From Macrostomum lignano (lineage: Eukaryota), in contig NIVC01002350.1 of the NCBI GenBank assembly GCA_002269645.1, positions 1-64,000 of the forward strand: DNA of 64,000 nucleotides. Reading direction: 5' to 3'. Numbering within the stretch: position 1 is the stretch's first letter; the number at the start of each line of letters is the position of its first letter. The notes under the pieces were generated by a model. That model had not been told where the DNA came from. It searched no databases and saw nothing but the letters and a program-made list of their open reading frames with translations. Below, in pieces: positions 1 through 10,989 of this stretch. A program made the translations under genes and the position numbers.

Positions 1-4
1 ACCA

Positions 5-100
5 CGAGGGCCAAACCCCAGGGCACAAGACTGTACATGCCTGATGATGAGAAAGTCAGGACCGCTGTAAACCCTGTGTGAGAGTGTGTGAGTGCTTTCC
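5..100 (+). repeat. Diverged copy of a short dispersed repeat (other copies at 10759-10880 and 11509-11670)
   Basis: GAGGGCCAAACCCC..GGCAC..TGTACATGC..GAAAGTC..ACCCTGTGTGAG..TGAGTGC aligns by eye with 10754-10810 and with the reverse complement of 11580-11670. Confidence 0.6.
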
Positions 101-694
101 TGATCGCGTATGCATTTTGCCCAGCGCAGATATCATTCCATTATACTGTTCCGCCTATAATAATAATTGTGGCTAGAGCAGTCACATGACGAAATTTGTA
201 TACAGGGTAGATTTACACATTGGGAGCGATTGGGAAATAATGGTGAAAAATACTTGCTATCTTGTCTGGGTGAAAGTACGTATTATACAATGCTGCGTTT
301 GGGACAATGTCTTCGAAGGCGTCGCCCTCGTGCAAATATTATTAATGAGATACATAAAAAGAAATAATTTTTTAATCAGCGGATTATTGCGGATTTAAAA
401 AAGCCTTACCACCAATAAACAAAGATTATAAGTAATAATGTGAGGGGCTATACAGAGCTGAGCAGGAAAACGTTGACACGATCTGTGCTTTCTGTAGATT
501 TATGTAGATTAGGGCCTAATTCAGCCTACTGGAAGAAAAATATAAGTTAAGTTGTTATACTAATGTATATTATTTTTAATAAGGCGCGCAGTATTTTCAA
601 ATAGGAGATTTATGCTGACCAATTATGTCCACAAGCCTGAGTGTGGCCTTCCGATGTTTGTTTGGCTTTCTGGAAAAATGCGAAATTATTACAT

Positions 695-3159
695 TTAGTC
701 AGTGTTACCATTTTTTCGCAAGAATATATCAAATACTTCGAATAATCCTTTGCTCACCTTTATGTAGAGCAGATTCAGGAGTATTTTCTTAGTACAGAAG
801 CACGCCAAGTAATCTTGAATATGCTTTCTGATAGCGAACTCCTGTGTAAGTTGGCTGAAAGCTTTGCATGGCAGCCCTGACATCGAAGAATATATGGCCA
901 ACGACGAAGATTCCTTTGTAGGCGTCTTTTTCAACACGAGCTCTTTGCTTGATTCCCTCGCAAAGAAATTTCTTCCTTTCGTCACAAGTGCACGCCATTG
1001 TCCTGAATATGTCATACTCATTGACTCCTGTCGACTGCATGCCACTCGAGCACCAAAACTGCACTCTTTCTCCTTGCAGCGTTTCCCATCGCAGTTGTAA
1101 ATAATTGCTGTCAGCACTCTTCCCTCCGTCGGTTGACACGGCTGGCACTTTTCCGCTAAGCCTTGAAGCATTACTGAACTTGATGCGGGGCTTGAGTCCA
1201 TGGAGCTGTCGCCTCGCGAGTAGTGTAAGATGTCGCTCTGCCTGTCCGAGTAAGTTTTCACCGACGCTAGCAGAGATTTCCGGTTTTTATAGCGATCCGA
1301 TTCCGATTCATGCAGCGAGAAGTCAAACTGTATCTCGATTTGCTTATACCGCTTGTATCTGAAGCCGATCGGAGCCACCTCATTTCCTGTGTCATCACTA
1401 AATGGAATACGCTCGTGGCAGCACGTTTTCAATGAGGCACAGATACTCGCTCAGTAGTGTTTCTGGCGTTGAGTTTTGCCTTTTTATTACGGCTAGATAC
1501 TTCAGAAACTTTTCGCTTCATAGCAAAGAACTCCACCAGGCATGGAATTTCAATGCATGCATTGGCTTTCACAACTGAATCAAGTGAGCCAGCTGCGTCA
1601 CAAAGGGTCAGGTAGAGAAGCGCATTGTGCACAGGCTCGTTTTTCAGTGCCCGCGACGGCTCCAAGAAAATTTTTCCCAATTCTGCATCGGGATCAACAA
1701 AAATTTCCCAGGACTCCTCCTTCGGTGATTTTGATACTCGGTGTTTAGATGTCCGGTTTGGTCCTGGCTGTGTTTCTGAGCTCGGTTCGCAGGCAAAGCG
1801 CAGTAACTCATAGATGCAGTCTGAGTAGCGGTCCTTGCCTTCTAAGTTCAGCCCACTGTAGCACAGTATTGTCAGCAGAGCCAGCCGCAGCCTCAGCCGA
1901 TGCAGCTGACTCGGCAGCAGGCTCTGTCTGATGCTCACTTCTTTGGTTAACTTTGTCAGAAAGAATTCGGCGATCCAGTTTTGGAGTTCCTCAGCCTGAA
2001 AATATTTACAAATTCATGGATTTCAACATGCACAGAAAATTTTATTCCACCTGAACTCATGAACCTTCTGCACTGCAGTGAAGCTGAGCACTTACCTGTT
2101 TATTAGGTTCCGTGTGTTCTTCGTTGTAGCTGAAACGTTAAGATATCAAAATTTTTCAGTATGCATGATTTCTTAATTGCATTCTAATTTTCAGTATGAC
2201 AGCAATTGCTGTGTTGCATTTATAAATCAGACTTACCTGAAGAAACAAAGTGTAGCAGCGCAGGGAATGAGAACGAACTGAACAATTTCTGTTTGATCTT
2301 CTGTCGACTGATTTTCCTTGCTCTTGTCATCAAGAAGTTTCACAACTTCAATTAAAGGTGCTCCATAAAGCTGCTCAGCGGGCAGCTGGTGTATTTTTAG
2401 TGATTCGGAGTAGAGATGCTCTTCGGCTCGTTCTTTATAGGTTTTAGCCAAATCGATATAGGTGTCTGTCTCGTCATAGAGCAAGCAGACCGGCATTTTG
2501 TACAGAGCAGGCAGTTTTTTAGGTATTGCTCTGCTGCACTCAATCATGGTACCAAAGGTCAAGAAATTCCCGTGATTTACCTTCTGGGTTCATTCGACTG
2601 CATGAGCTTTGCACAGACAGGCCGAACCAGGCCAAAAACTTCTTCATTGTTTCACCATTTTTTCCAGAGAAAATGTCGACAATAGAGTCAGGTTTGCAAT
2701 TTATCACAATTTCCTTACATTTTCCTGCGTAAAAAAGCCGCAACGCCAAGTTGCACAGATCGTTGAGCAAAACGGTGGTCTTGGCTCGGTCTTTTTCACT
2801 TGTCCTGTCGTAGTTATTTACACTCAGTGTATATATGCATAGTGGATGGAGGGGAGCCATCCAGTGAGTCGCGAAAGTTTTAGATTTAGATCCTGGGAAG
2901 AAAGTTTGCTTAATCTTCTCTTTAGTTTTGCATTGTTTGGCCTTACCATTTTCAGGAGACTCGCAAGCAATAATAATAATCATGTCGTCAGCAGCTCCTT
3001 GATCGAAGGAAACTTTCAATGGATCAATTCCGGTAGCATTCCTTGTTCGGTTGCACACTGCATTTCGAGTGCTAGCAGTGATCGAATTCTCAATTCTTGG
3101 GCTCTCCGTATCTGTTCTGAGGCTCTTTTGCTGTCAGCAACTTCTTTTGATTCAGCCAT
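695..3159 (-). pseudogene. Spliced gene of unknown function with several frameshifts (pseudogene or consensus errors)
   Basis: ATG at 3159 (MAESKEVADSKR...). Chain of overlapping ORFs in shifted frames (2540-3058, 2233-2562, 1429-1938, 695-1432/789-1148). Canonical phase-consistent junctions: donor AG|GTAAGT after 2237, 34-nt micro-exon 2129-2096 (S-YNEEHTEPNKQ|GTAAGT), acceptor TTTTCAG| before 1995, in frame with ORF 1429-1938. No recognisable domain. Confidence 0.5.
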
Positions 3160-3569
3160 GAACTGTTTACGCCTATTCAACTACATGTATTTCTATTGCT
3201 TGAATTTCTAAACTGCAAATACTTGAAGCTTTAAAGTGTTTTAAGATGCTGGGTTTTACGAGCTAATTGCCTGGCAGGAATATGTGCATGTTTGGATGGA
3301 TGGAACTAGCTTTCATTGGATGGATTCCGTGTTGACTGACTGGATTGATTCTGCCGAATTAAACCTGGCAAGAAAGCATTTTCGAATATACGAGGCGTAT
3401 TTCAAGAAGACTAGCTCATAGTTTCCTCCAGTCTAGGGGTGGACATGCAGTGCATTCTTACTTGGACAGGAAATTTAATATTAATTTAGCCAGCAACTTC
3501 TACACCCATCATCTATCTCTGGTAGTTCAGTGCGCTATTCCACTGTATTTTGACTAAAATTTTCGGTTC

Positions 3570-4237
3570 ATGGCATCCGCAGATAGTACCAGTGCTGAAG
3601 CCGACGTTTCAAATGTTGAAGCAGAATCAAAGAGAAAAGCCGAACTAGAAGCCGTGTGTGTGATGGCAGCCGAAGGGTCTCTCAGAGAGCTGAAGTTGAA
3701 GATTGAAAGCGGAGCGACGATCGACCGCTTCATGAAAGAGTCGATCGATGGAAGAACGGCGCTACACTGCTGCGCAGCAGCATCGGTGACAGAAGTTCTG
3801 GTGAGCACTCAGCTGCACACCGAATTGCAGAAATTCTGCTCCAAAACGGTGCTGACTTTCGGGACAAGGATGGCCGATCGGCCCTACACCTGGCAGTGAT
3901 GTCGTCCAACCCGAGCCTGGTAGACCTGCTACTGACAGCACGTCCTGGCAATCCGAACATCCAGGACATTCGTAGATCTTGGACTCCATTGATGTATGCT
4001 GCCAAATGCAAATCATCGACAATAACAAAACTTCTTCTGAAGAACGATGCGAGACACGACATCGCCGACAAGGACGGAAACACTGCTCTCATCATCGCGG
4101 CAGAGAACCGCAACACGGAAGTTTTAAACTGCTCGTGAAGCGCGGTGCAGACTTGGATCACCGCAACAACAGTGGCGATTCAGCAAAGAGCATTGCCTCC
4201 GATCAAAGATGGGAACCATGAAGAAATGGATTCAAGA
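3570..4237 (+). CDS. Ankyrin-repeat exon with three single-base frameshifts (~3790, ~4125, ~4217)
   Basis: GRTALHCCAAAS / HRIAEILLQNGAD / GRSALHLAV / WTPLMYAAK / GNTALIIAAE / KLLVKRGADLDHRNNSGDSA, spread over successive -1 frames. Confidence 0.8.
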
Positions 4238-7200
4238 GTAAGTTAAAAAGGACTCGTGTGCTTTTTAGATCACAAAGACAAACAAAACTAAAACTCGGAA
4301 AACAATTTACTTTTCATGCAGGTATCTTCGTCTCGCTAACAATCAGGAGATGGTAAGTTATCTATCATGCCTTTTCAAGTGAATATTAAACGCAGAAGGC
4401 AAACAGACTATATAGGATAAGAAAGAGAGCCTTAAAGCGTTTGGCTTTAAGCTACTCTTCCTCTAATCGACTACAAGTAATCGTTTAGCTGGGGTACGAA
4501 CAACAACAACAAAAAAACAACAGCGAGTTATAACAGGCAAAGATAATGCTGCAGAGCACGTTTCAGGGCCTGGGTGCGAACGTACGAGCTAGTCCGGGGG
4601 ATCGGCATCAGCCAGAAGGCACGGCGCGGATGATGCGGCCTGCCAACTGGAGTCGCCGACGGCGCAAAGGTTTGCTCGGACCAGACAGGTCGGTGCGGCT
4701 GTGTCCACTGGTGGCGGTGACTCGCTCGTAGCCGATTTTGAAGGCCAGCTTGCGCCGCATCGATCTCCTGTTCGAGCAAGTCCGTCGGCGTCCAGGTTTC
4801 GGCGTTGCACCAGACCGCTGAGGTATACGAACTGCTGACAGTGGGGAAGCTTTCTGACCTGCCCGTCAGGGCCTGGCAGAAAACTGCAGTCTTGATGTCG
4901 TCTGGCACACAGAGCACGACGGTCTTCTTCGTGATATCCATCAGACCGACGCCCGCCGCAACGCTCACCAGCTGGTCCAGCTGTCGCTGGGTGCCATCGA
5001 CGGTCAAGGAAAAGCATGCTGAGCCGCCTCTCTGGTTTGCGTCGACCACGCATCGCTGCATCACTGCAGCAGGAAGCCGTCGTCGTTAGAAGGGAGAGCA
5101 GTCCGCAGCACCCAGTCAAGCACCAGGACGTACAGGAACGGCGCAAGCGTATCTCTCTGAAGCATCCCAGAGGATGTCTCAAAGAAATCTGACGGGCCTT
5201 CCGGTGTCAGCACAGAAGCGCTGGTGTGTCATATAGCGCCTTGACACAAAAAACCTGCTGTTCTGGCACTTACAGCCCTCACGACCGAGTCGAAAGCCTT
5301 CCTGAAGTCAATAAAGAGAGTAATCAGGTTTGACTAGTGTGTCTGCACCCTTCCTCGATAATTCAGCGAAGAGCCAGGATATGTACCACTGTGCCGCGAT
5401 GGAGTTCTGCTCAGGCCGCAAATACGGATCCAGCACGGGGCTGAAACCGCGATAGCATCATTCGGTCGAACAGCTTCGTATAGCACGAGGCAGATGCCTC
5501 GGTGCTCCTCAATCCGTGCGGTGCCCGGCTTCTTCGGAATAACGACAATGTGCGCTGTGGTCCATTCGATATGTGCCGCCTCGCCGAAAAGCAGGCGGTT
5601 CATCACACTGGGGACCTCGCTGGCCACACAGTGGAGTCGCAGCACCTCGTTCGGACCCAGCGCTTTGCCGCCTGGAGTATCACAACGTCGGCTCCTTTTT
5701 TGCGGGCAACGGCGTCCCCGGCGGCAGTCTCCGATCGTTTGGCAGCAGGGGCGATGGTGCGTTGATAATGACGGCGAAGAACTCTCGCAGCTCATTTGGA
5801 GTGTCGTCAGCCAGGTTGAGCGGGATGTGCGGCTTCCTCACGGTCAGAGCGTTGATGACAGACAAGGCTACGCGCCCTTTGGCGTCGGGTCCAGCGGCGT
5901 GTTGGTGCGGCAGTTGACGGCGCTCACGAAGACGCACAAGCACGTAGTCGAGCTTCCTCCTGCAGCCCGCGAAGGTCGGAAGTCTGTCAGACTTGAGTTG
6001 AGCTTCGCTCGCCTCAGGACCATTAAATGCACCTCAGACATTCTAACCACAGAATGTAAATTAAACGGCATTTATTATTTACAGATCCTGTGCCTGTGGC
6101 AAAGACAGAGTCAGACAGAACCTTAGGCATTCAGTGCTGGCTCCTTATCTTTACAATCGGCGTGGCCTCATGAGGTAAAACTCGTTTCCATTCCAGATTG
6201 CTAATTATAGAACTCCTTGACATGGAGTCTCGTGTTGGTTGACTAAAGTATGGAGTGCATGTAATTTCCTCCATGGACTAAAGTGCATTTAGATTGTCAA
6301 AAGCGATACTAAAGCATCACAAGCTGGAATATAGAACTGATGATTATTGCGCTCCTTTACATGCTTTCAGCCTCTTACGGTATGCTAAAACACAGAAAAG
6401 TTTATTTTACGAGCTACGAAAGCACGTGCTAACTAAACAAAATTAACGTAAACAAATCTGAACGAATATGATTCATTGTACGAGTACAAACCAGGAAAAA
6501 TGCGCTAAAGTGAAAGGCACAAATGGGAGGAGAGAAATTCCTTATTTGGAAATTTGTTATGAAATGAAGGGCACAGGAGAGTTGCAAATTTTAGCTTAAC
6601 AAATTCAGACGATAACAGCTATAGCAAAATTTTATTGCATGCTGCTGATGCGATATCTTTCCATGGTGTGATATACAAGCACCATGTGTTTTATAACTCT
6701 ACGTAGCAACTACTACAATACAAAAGTAGCAGAATTACGCCCTTAACAGTACGACAATTTATTCTATCATCTTGTCGAACTTTTTGCTGCACCAGAACGG
6801 AACAACGCATGCAGACCCTTTCCCCCGCCAAAACAGCAACATTAATAGATTATGCCAGAATGATGCGGAATGCAATTTTTCTTTAGCAATACAGGCATTT
6901 GGATTTTACGTCTATGCGCTCTACTGCTAGTAGAAGCACGAATCGATTTTCTTTTATTTCTCAACTGTCTCTCAATCCCTCAATTCCATGAATTCAGTTA
7001 GCCAGATCTGCATTCTAGTTGTACACCAGGTAGCAAGCGGTGAATTTCTTAATACAAGCTACAATGATTTTAATGCAACGTCTATTGTTCTGTACCGTTA
7101 TAGGCAGCGCAGTGTTTGGCGACACACACAAAAAATCGGTTTAGAAAATCATTCGGAGACATCTCCATGTATCTGAGTTTCTTCAATTAGGCGGCGCGCG

Positions 7201-9460
7201 GGGCCATGGGCGCCGCCGATCTCTGTGTGTCCTCAATCTCTAAGGCGAGGGCCCGCATATTCCATATATATATAGATATAAATATAGCCGCATGCTCCCA
7301 GTCTTTGAAATCGGAGATTCACAATTGAACCTGCATGCTGCGCCACGGTCGGGTTGCTCTTTGGTAGATCGAAAGATCGCCGACTTAAAGACCTCTCGGA
7401 GGGGAGCCCGCATGTGGGAGGTGGGGTGGACAGGATTCGATAGAAAAAATCGGTGAACAGCATCATGGGGTATTAAGCTGGCATGCATCGAAAAACACAA
7501 ACTGTTGCCTTGATGAAATAGCCGCTATAATGTGCCGCAAGCAACCCACCCCCCGCGGTGCGCCACTGCCGCCTCGTTTGAGTTGCTTCTTCGTTCGCGC
7601 CACCCGCTGTCGGCCTTCCCCAATTTCGTTTCTTCCCAGATTTTAATCGGGGATCTTAGTCTTAAGCTCATTAAACCCGAGCCGGTGCACTGACAGTTTA
7701 ACAAATTTATCATTGGAAGACTGAAGAAGCTTTATTTTAGCGAAATTTTTAAGAACCAAAGCGTGGAGATTTAGTGAATTGGGCGGACGTGCATCTCTTT
7801 TTGTTATTATTGTATAGTTACGGTTGCTATGCCAACGGTACTTCCATCTATATTTCCAACTGGGAGCAGGCATGAGGGGAGAATTATTACAAAACTATGA
7901 ATTGCGGTAGAAAAATTGTTTGCAAAGCAAAAACTAACTTAACACACAGGGCGCACACGCATGAGGTGCATAAAAATCACACTATACATACTCGCAGTAC
8001 ACTCTGGCGTTTGTTTTTCCCCATTATTTCAGGCAGACACAAAACGCTTGTGCAGATTGGCCAGCAAAGGCGAACACGAAGCTATGGGAAATTTGCTCCG
8101 AAACAAGCCGTCAATTGTAAGCAGCAAATACCCGCTTTACTCAGACCGCAGCGCTCTGCTGTGCGCCGCAGCAGCTTCAAAGCGCCACTACTCCCAGGGC
8201 GGTGAGGATCACACGAAATGTGCTGAAATCCTAGTCAGGTTTGGAGCTGATCTGAACGGCCAAGACTCCAAGTCTAACACGGTCCTGCACCTCTCAGTGA
8301 AGTCCAAAAATGATTCTTTGCTCAAGTTTCTACTTGGAAAAGATGTCAGAGTTGCTGACAAACGGAATAGTGACAGCAGCACTCCGCTTATGCTTGCCGC
8401 CGAATTCGACTACGAACAGCACGCGGAACTCCTGCTTGAGCACGGTGCGAGAACTGGCTCTGTAGACGAATTGTTTTATCACGCAGCAAAAGAGATTGCA
8501 GAATCTGAAGGAAGCGAACGGGTGCTTGAAGTCATGCGCAACTTTGACCAAAGGCAAAGGGAAAAAGAGAAAGTGAGGGACAGAGAATATTTTTGCGGAG
8601 CACAAGTACCTCGATTTGAAAATATTTTTGCTGGCATTCAAGGATGCATTCATCAGATCACACATGAAGCAAATACAATTCGAAACAGCGTAAGCCATGC
8701 AGTGCAAGAAAGCTATGAAATCTATATGGAAATGCCAGCATATTTCGACCACAATGCACAGCCACTTCGGAATGTTTTGACAGAAGCAGAAAGGCTGGGA
8801 AATGTGTTTCACGAGAAGTGCGAACGCTTGTCACAGCGGTGGGCACCAGTGGAACAGAAGGTGCTGCAATTGCTCGGACGTCCGCAATTAATCAACAAGA
8901 CCGATGTACTGAAGTCTATCAGTGACCTGAGAGAATGCATTCAATCGGCCGATGAGTGCAAACACAGCCTCTCACAACTGAAAGAAAAACTGTCAGACGC
9001 CGCTCGCCTCAGTCGAGAACTGGCGGAAAAGTGTCGAAAGGAAAGCAGTGATGTTAACAAGCGGAGAGAGGAAAGGAATCAGGAGATCAGGAATCAGGAA
9101 TCAGGAACCAGGAATCAGGAGAGAGGAATCTGGAAACAGGCATTAATTGCCGGCGCAGTTGGTGGAGCTGTAGGAGGCCCTTTAGGATTAATTGCTGGGC
9201 TGTGGTTAGGATCTGAAGATGCTGCTACGAGTGCTACGAGTGTGAGTGCAAGACATGTGGATGCACAAAGTTCAAACGAAGATCGAGATTTAGACCAGAG
9301 AAGACTTGAAGCGCTAAACAAATGCGCAGAACAAGCCGACCAACTCGAAAGAGACTTACGGTTCTCGATAAACGACCTATCCGAAAGTACTGCTCCAAAC
9401 ATCACCAGCAAGTGCTCTGAGGCCCTAGAAGTGTTGGAACAGCTGGCTTCAAAGTTTTAA
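3570..9460 (+). CDS. Probable 3-exon gene (3570-4237, 4322-4352, 8033-9460): two ankyrin modules + coiled coil + glycine-zipper hydrophobic segment, ~709 aa after repairing three -1 frameshifts in exon 1
   Basis: Donor GA|GTAAGT at 4237/8 (phase 2), acceptor CATGCAG| at 4321, micro-exon E-YLRLANNQEM|GTAAGT (phase 0), acceptor TATTTCAG| at 8032 in phase 0 with ORF 7961-9460. Ankyrin motifs in both large exons. Confidence 0.6.
4500..6025 (-). mobile_element. Degenerate RTE-like non-LTR retrotransposon fragment (APE endonuclease end + reverse transcriptase), antisense within the putative ANK-gene intron; boundaries approximate
   Basis: Minus-strand motifs in order: RKLDYVLV (APE C-terminus, ~5950), KALGPNEV, WTTAHIVVIPKKPG..EEHRGICL, LFIDFRKAFDSV (~5290), SGMLQRDTLAPFLYVLVLDWVLR (~5130), VGLMDITKKTVVL, NAETWT. 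Many frameshifts; YADD motif absent. Confidence 0.9.
7101..7957 (+). mobile_element. ~857-bp dispersed repeat, copy 1 (near-identical inverted copy at 42100-42956); class unknown
   Basis: Shared sequence runs from TAGGCAGCGCAGTGTTTGG to AACACACAGGGCGCAC. The ORF track gives near-identical peptides on opposite strands (7240-7500 vs 42555-42908; 7525-7713 vs 42343-42582). Confidence 0.85.
8033..9460 (+). CDS. Large terminal exon: ~4 ankyrin repeats, long coiled coil, Gly-zipper segment (ALIAGAVGGAVGGPLGLIAGLWLG), C-terminal coiled coil
   Basis: Uninterrupted ORF 7961-9460 (499 aa); CAEILVRFGADLNGQD, NTVLHLSV, TPLMLAAEFD..LLLEHGA; acceptor at 8032; AATAAA at ~9629. Confidence 0.85.
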   Translation, partial: ADTKRLCRLASKGEHEAMGNLLRNKPSIVSSKYPLYSDRSALLCAAAASKRHYSQGGEDHTKCAEILVRFGADLNGQDSKSNTVLHLSVKSKNDSLLKFLLGKDVRVADKRNSDSSTPLMLAAEFDYEQHAELLLEHGARTGSVDELFYHAAKEIAESEGSERVLEVMRNFDQRQREKEKVRDREYFCGAQVPRFENIFAGIQGCIHQITHEANTIRNSVSHAVQESYEIYMEMPAYFDHNAQPLRNVLTEAERLGNVFHEKCERLSQRWAPVEQKVLQLLGRPQLINKTDVLKSISDLRECIQSADECKHSLSQLKEKLSDAARLSRELAEKCRKESSDVNKRREERNQEIRNQESGTRNQERGIWKQALIAGAVGGAVGGPLGLIAGLWLGSEDAATSATSVSARHVDAQSSNEDRDLDQRRLEALNKCAEQADQLERDLRFSINDLSESTAPNITSKCSEALEVLEQLASKF

Positions 9461-10758
9461 ATGACAAAAATTGATGAAAAAACCATTAAAAAACAATACG
9501 AAGTAAAAATCAAGCAAGTAAAAATCAATTACTTTTTTCTATAAAAATTACATAAAAATTATTTATGTAACAAAAATATTACATAACTATCAATATTTAA
9601 TGACTAATTTCCCTAATTATATTTCCCCAATAAAACTTCATATTTACAATATACTCTGATAAATCTTAAATTCGCATATAATTTTTTTTGGATAGACCTT
9701 TGACAAAAAACTATGCTAATTAGCTAATTTATTTCATTTATACAGGTGAATCTTAATTTTTAAAACTTCAAGTAGTATTTTACTTTGTAGTAGTATTCTG
9801 TACTTTACTCCAGAGTTTTCAGAAATTTTCTGCGTGTAAACCCTATTCGATTTTTAAACTTTTGACTCTCTCGTAAACTCTCGTGAAATACACCTGAAAA
9901 TTGTTATTATACAAATACACAACTTTCACGTATAAATAATAAATATGGAAAAGTACAAATCAACAATAGATATAAATGATTATTAAATCAATAGATGGAC
10001 GTCAATGACTTATTATTTTACTCCATATCAGACTAAGAGCCATCAATTTGCATTATTTAATCAAGTTTATTTTCACCAACCAGAGTTATGAGAATTCTAT
10101 GAATAGACCAAATTATGTTTATGCAATGCAACATGCGAGGACAGTGCCATCAAGCAGTATATAAGTTCAATAGTCCTTGATGCAGCAATTTGAAAGGGTT
10201 GATAAAAACAGCATTTTCAGGGCCAATAGTTTGTAGACATTTTTTGGGAATAAAAAATCCCCTTATGAAAAAAGCATTGTTTTTTATTGTGAAGCAACTT
10301 AAAATCAGGCATTACTACTGAGCATCAGGGGCGAGTATAAGTAGTATGATGATTGCAAAAATCTCCACTCAACCAGCTTTCGGATTAAACGAATCCTTAA
10401 ACATACTTTGAAGCAAAATATTTTTGTATTGGCGCTGATAAATTTGAAAAAGACAACAGATGGATAGAGCAGGACATTTGCGAAGCAGCAAGCAAAGGTA
10501 TATAGGAGACGTCCCATGTTCGATTCCCTAGAGAGGCCACACAGACTATATAATGAGACAAAATTAACACAAAGATTTTTCACATTCGTAAAAATAAATT
10601 AAATTAAATAAAATAAATTAACTAACTGACTGCGTTTTGCCTTTGTTGGTTCGACTGTTGTGCGATTCTTGTGTAACAGGAAGCCCTTAAAAGGGCCGTT
10701 TTACTAAATAACTAATAGGGATATCGAGACACCACAATTCTCACGCTTAAATTGAGGG

Positions 10759-10880
10759 CCAACCCCATGGCACAGACAGTGCACATGCTTGACCATTAGA
10801 AAGTATGAGTGCGTGCCTGCGTACAGTATTGACGCGCTTGTATGTGGTCAGGAGTCAGCGGGAATGGGCAGAATTGCCTC
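10759..10880 (+). repeat. Short dispersed repeat in the presumed ATP13A 3' UTR; inverted partner of 11509-11670
   Basis: Perfect inverted blocks of 31 nt (GTGCCTGCGTACAGTATTGACGCGCTTGTAT), 22 nt and 19 nt. Confidence 0.85.
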
Positions 10881-10989
10881 TACATTGAAGACGTTGTGCC
10901 GAAGTGCCCGCAGCCCTCCCATCAAACATGAATATTACTATAGCCAATGGGCACTGAGTGGAGAATCTTCAAAGAGTCGGTCAAAGAGT

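Noticed and set aside
30-75. CTGATGA-tga-GAAA as a minimal hammerhead
   Set aside because: No stem II, no UH site, and the sibling copies (10785-10805, 11624-11645) have TTGACCA instead of the core
1425-3025. Two ORF overlaps at CATTGAAA suggesting programmed frameshifting
   Set aside because: At 1429 a third frame (SEKFLKYLAVIKRQ..ENVLPRAY) looks more protein-like, so the overlap reflects TTG-start calling and scattered indels; no slippery heptamer
7961-8032. ATG 7961 as the start of the 499-aa ANK protein (signal-peptide-like)
   Set aside because: This segment is the polypyrimidine tract and acceptor (TTTTTCCCCATTATTTCAG) right after a TE copy; splicing in at 8033 is more parsimonious
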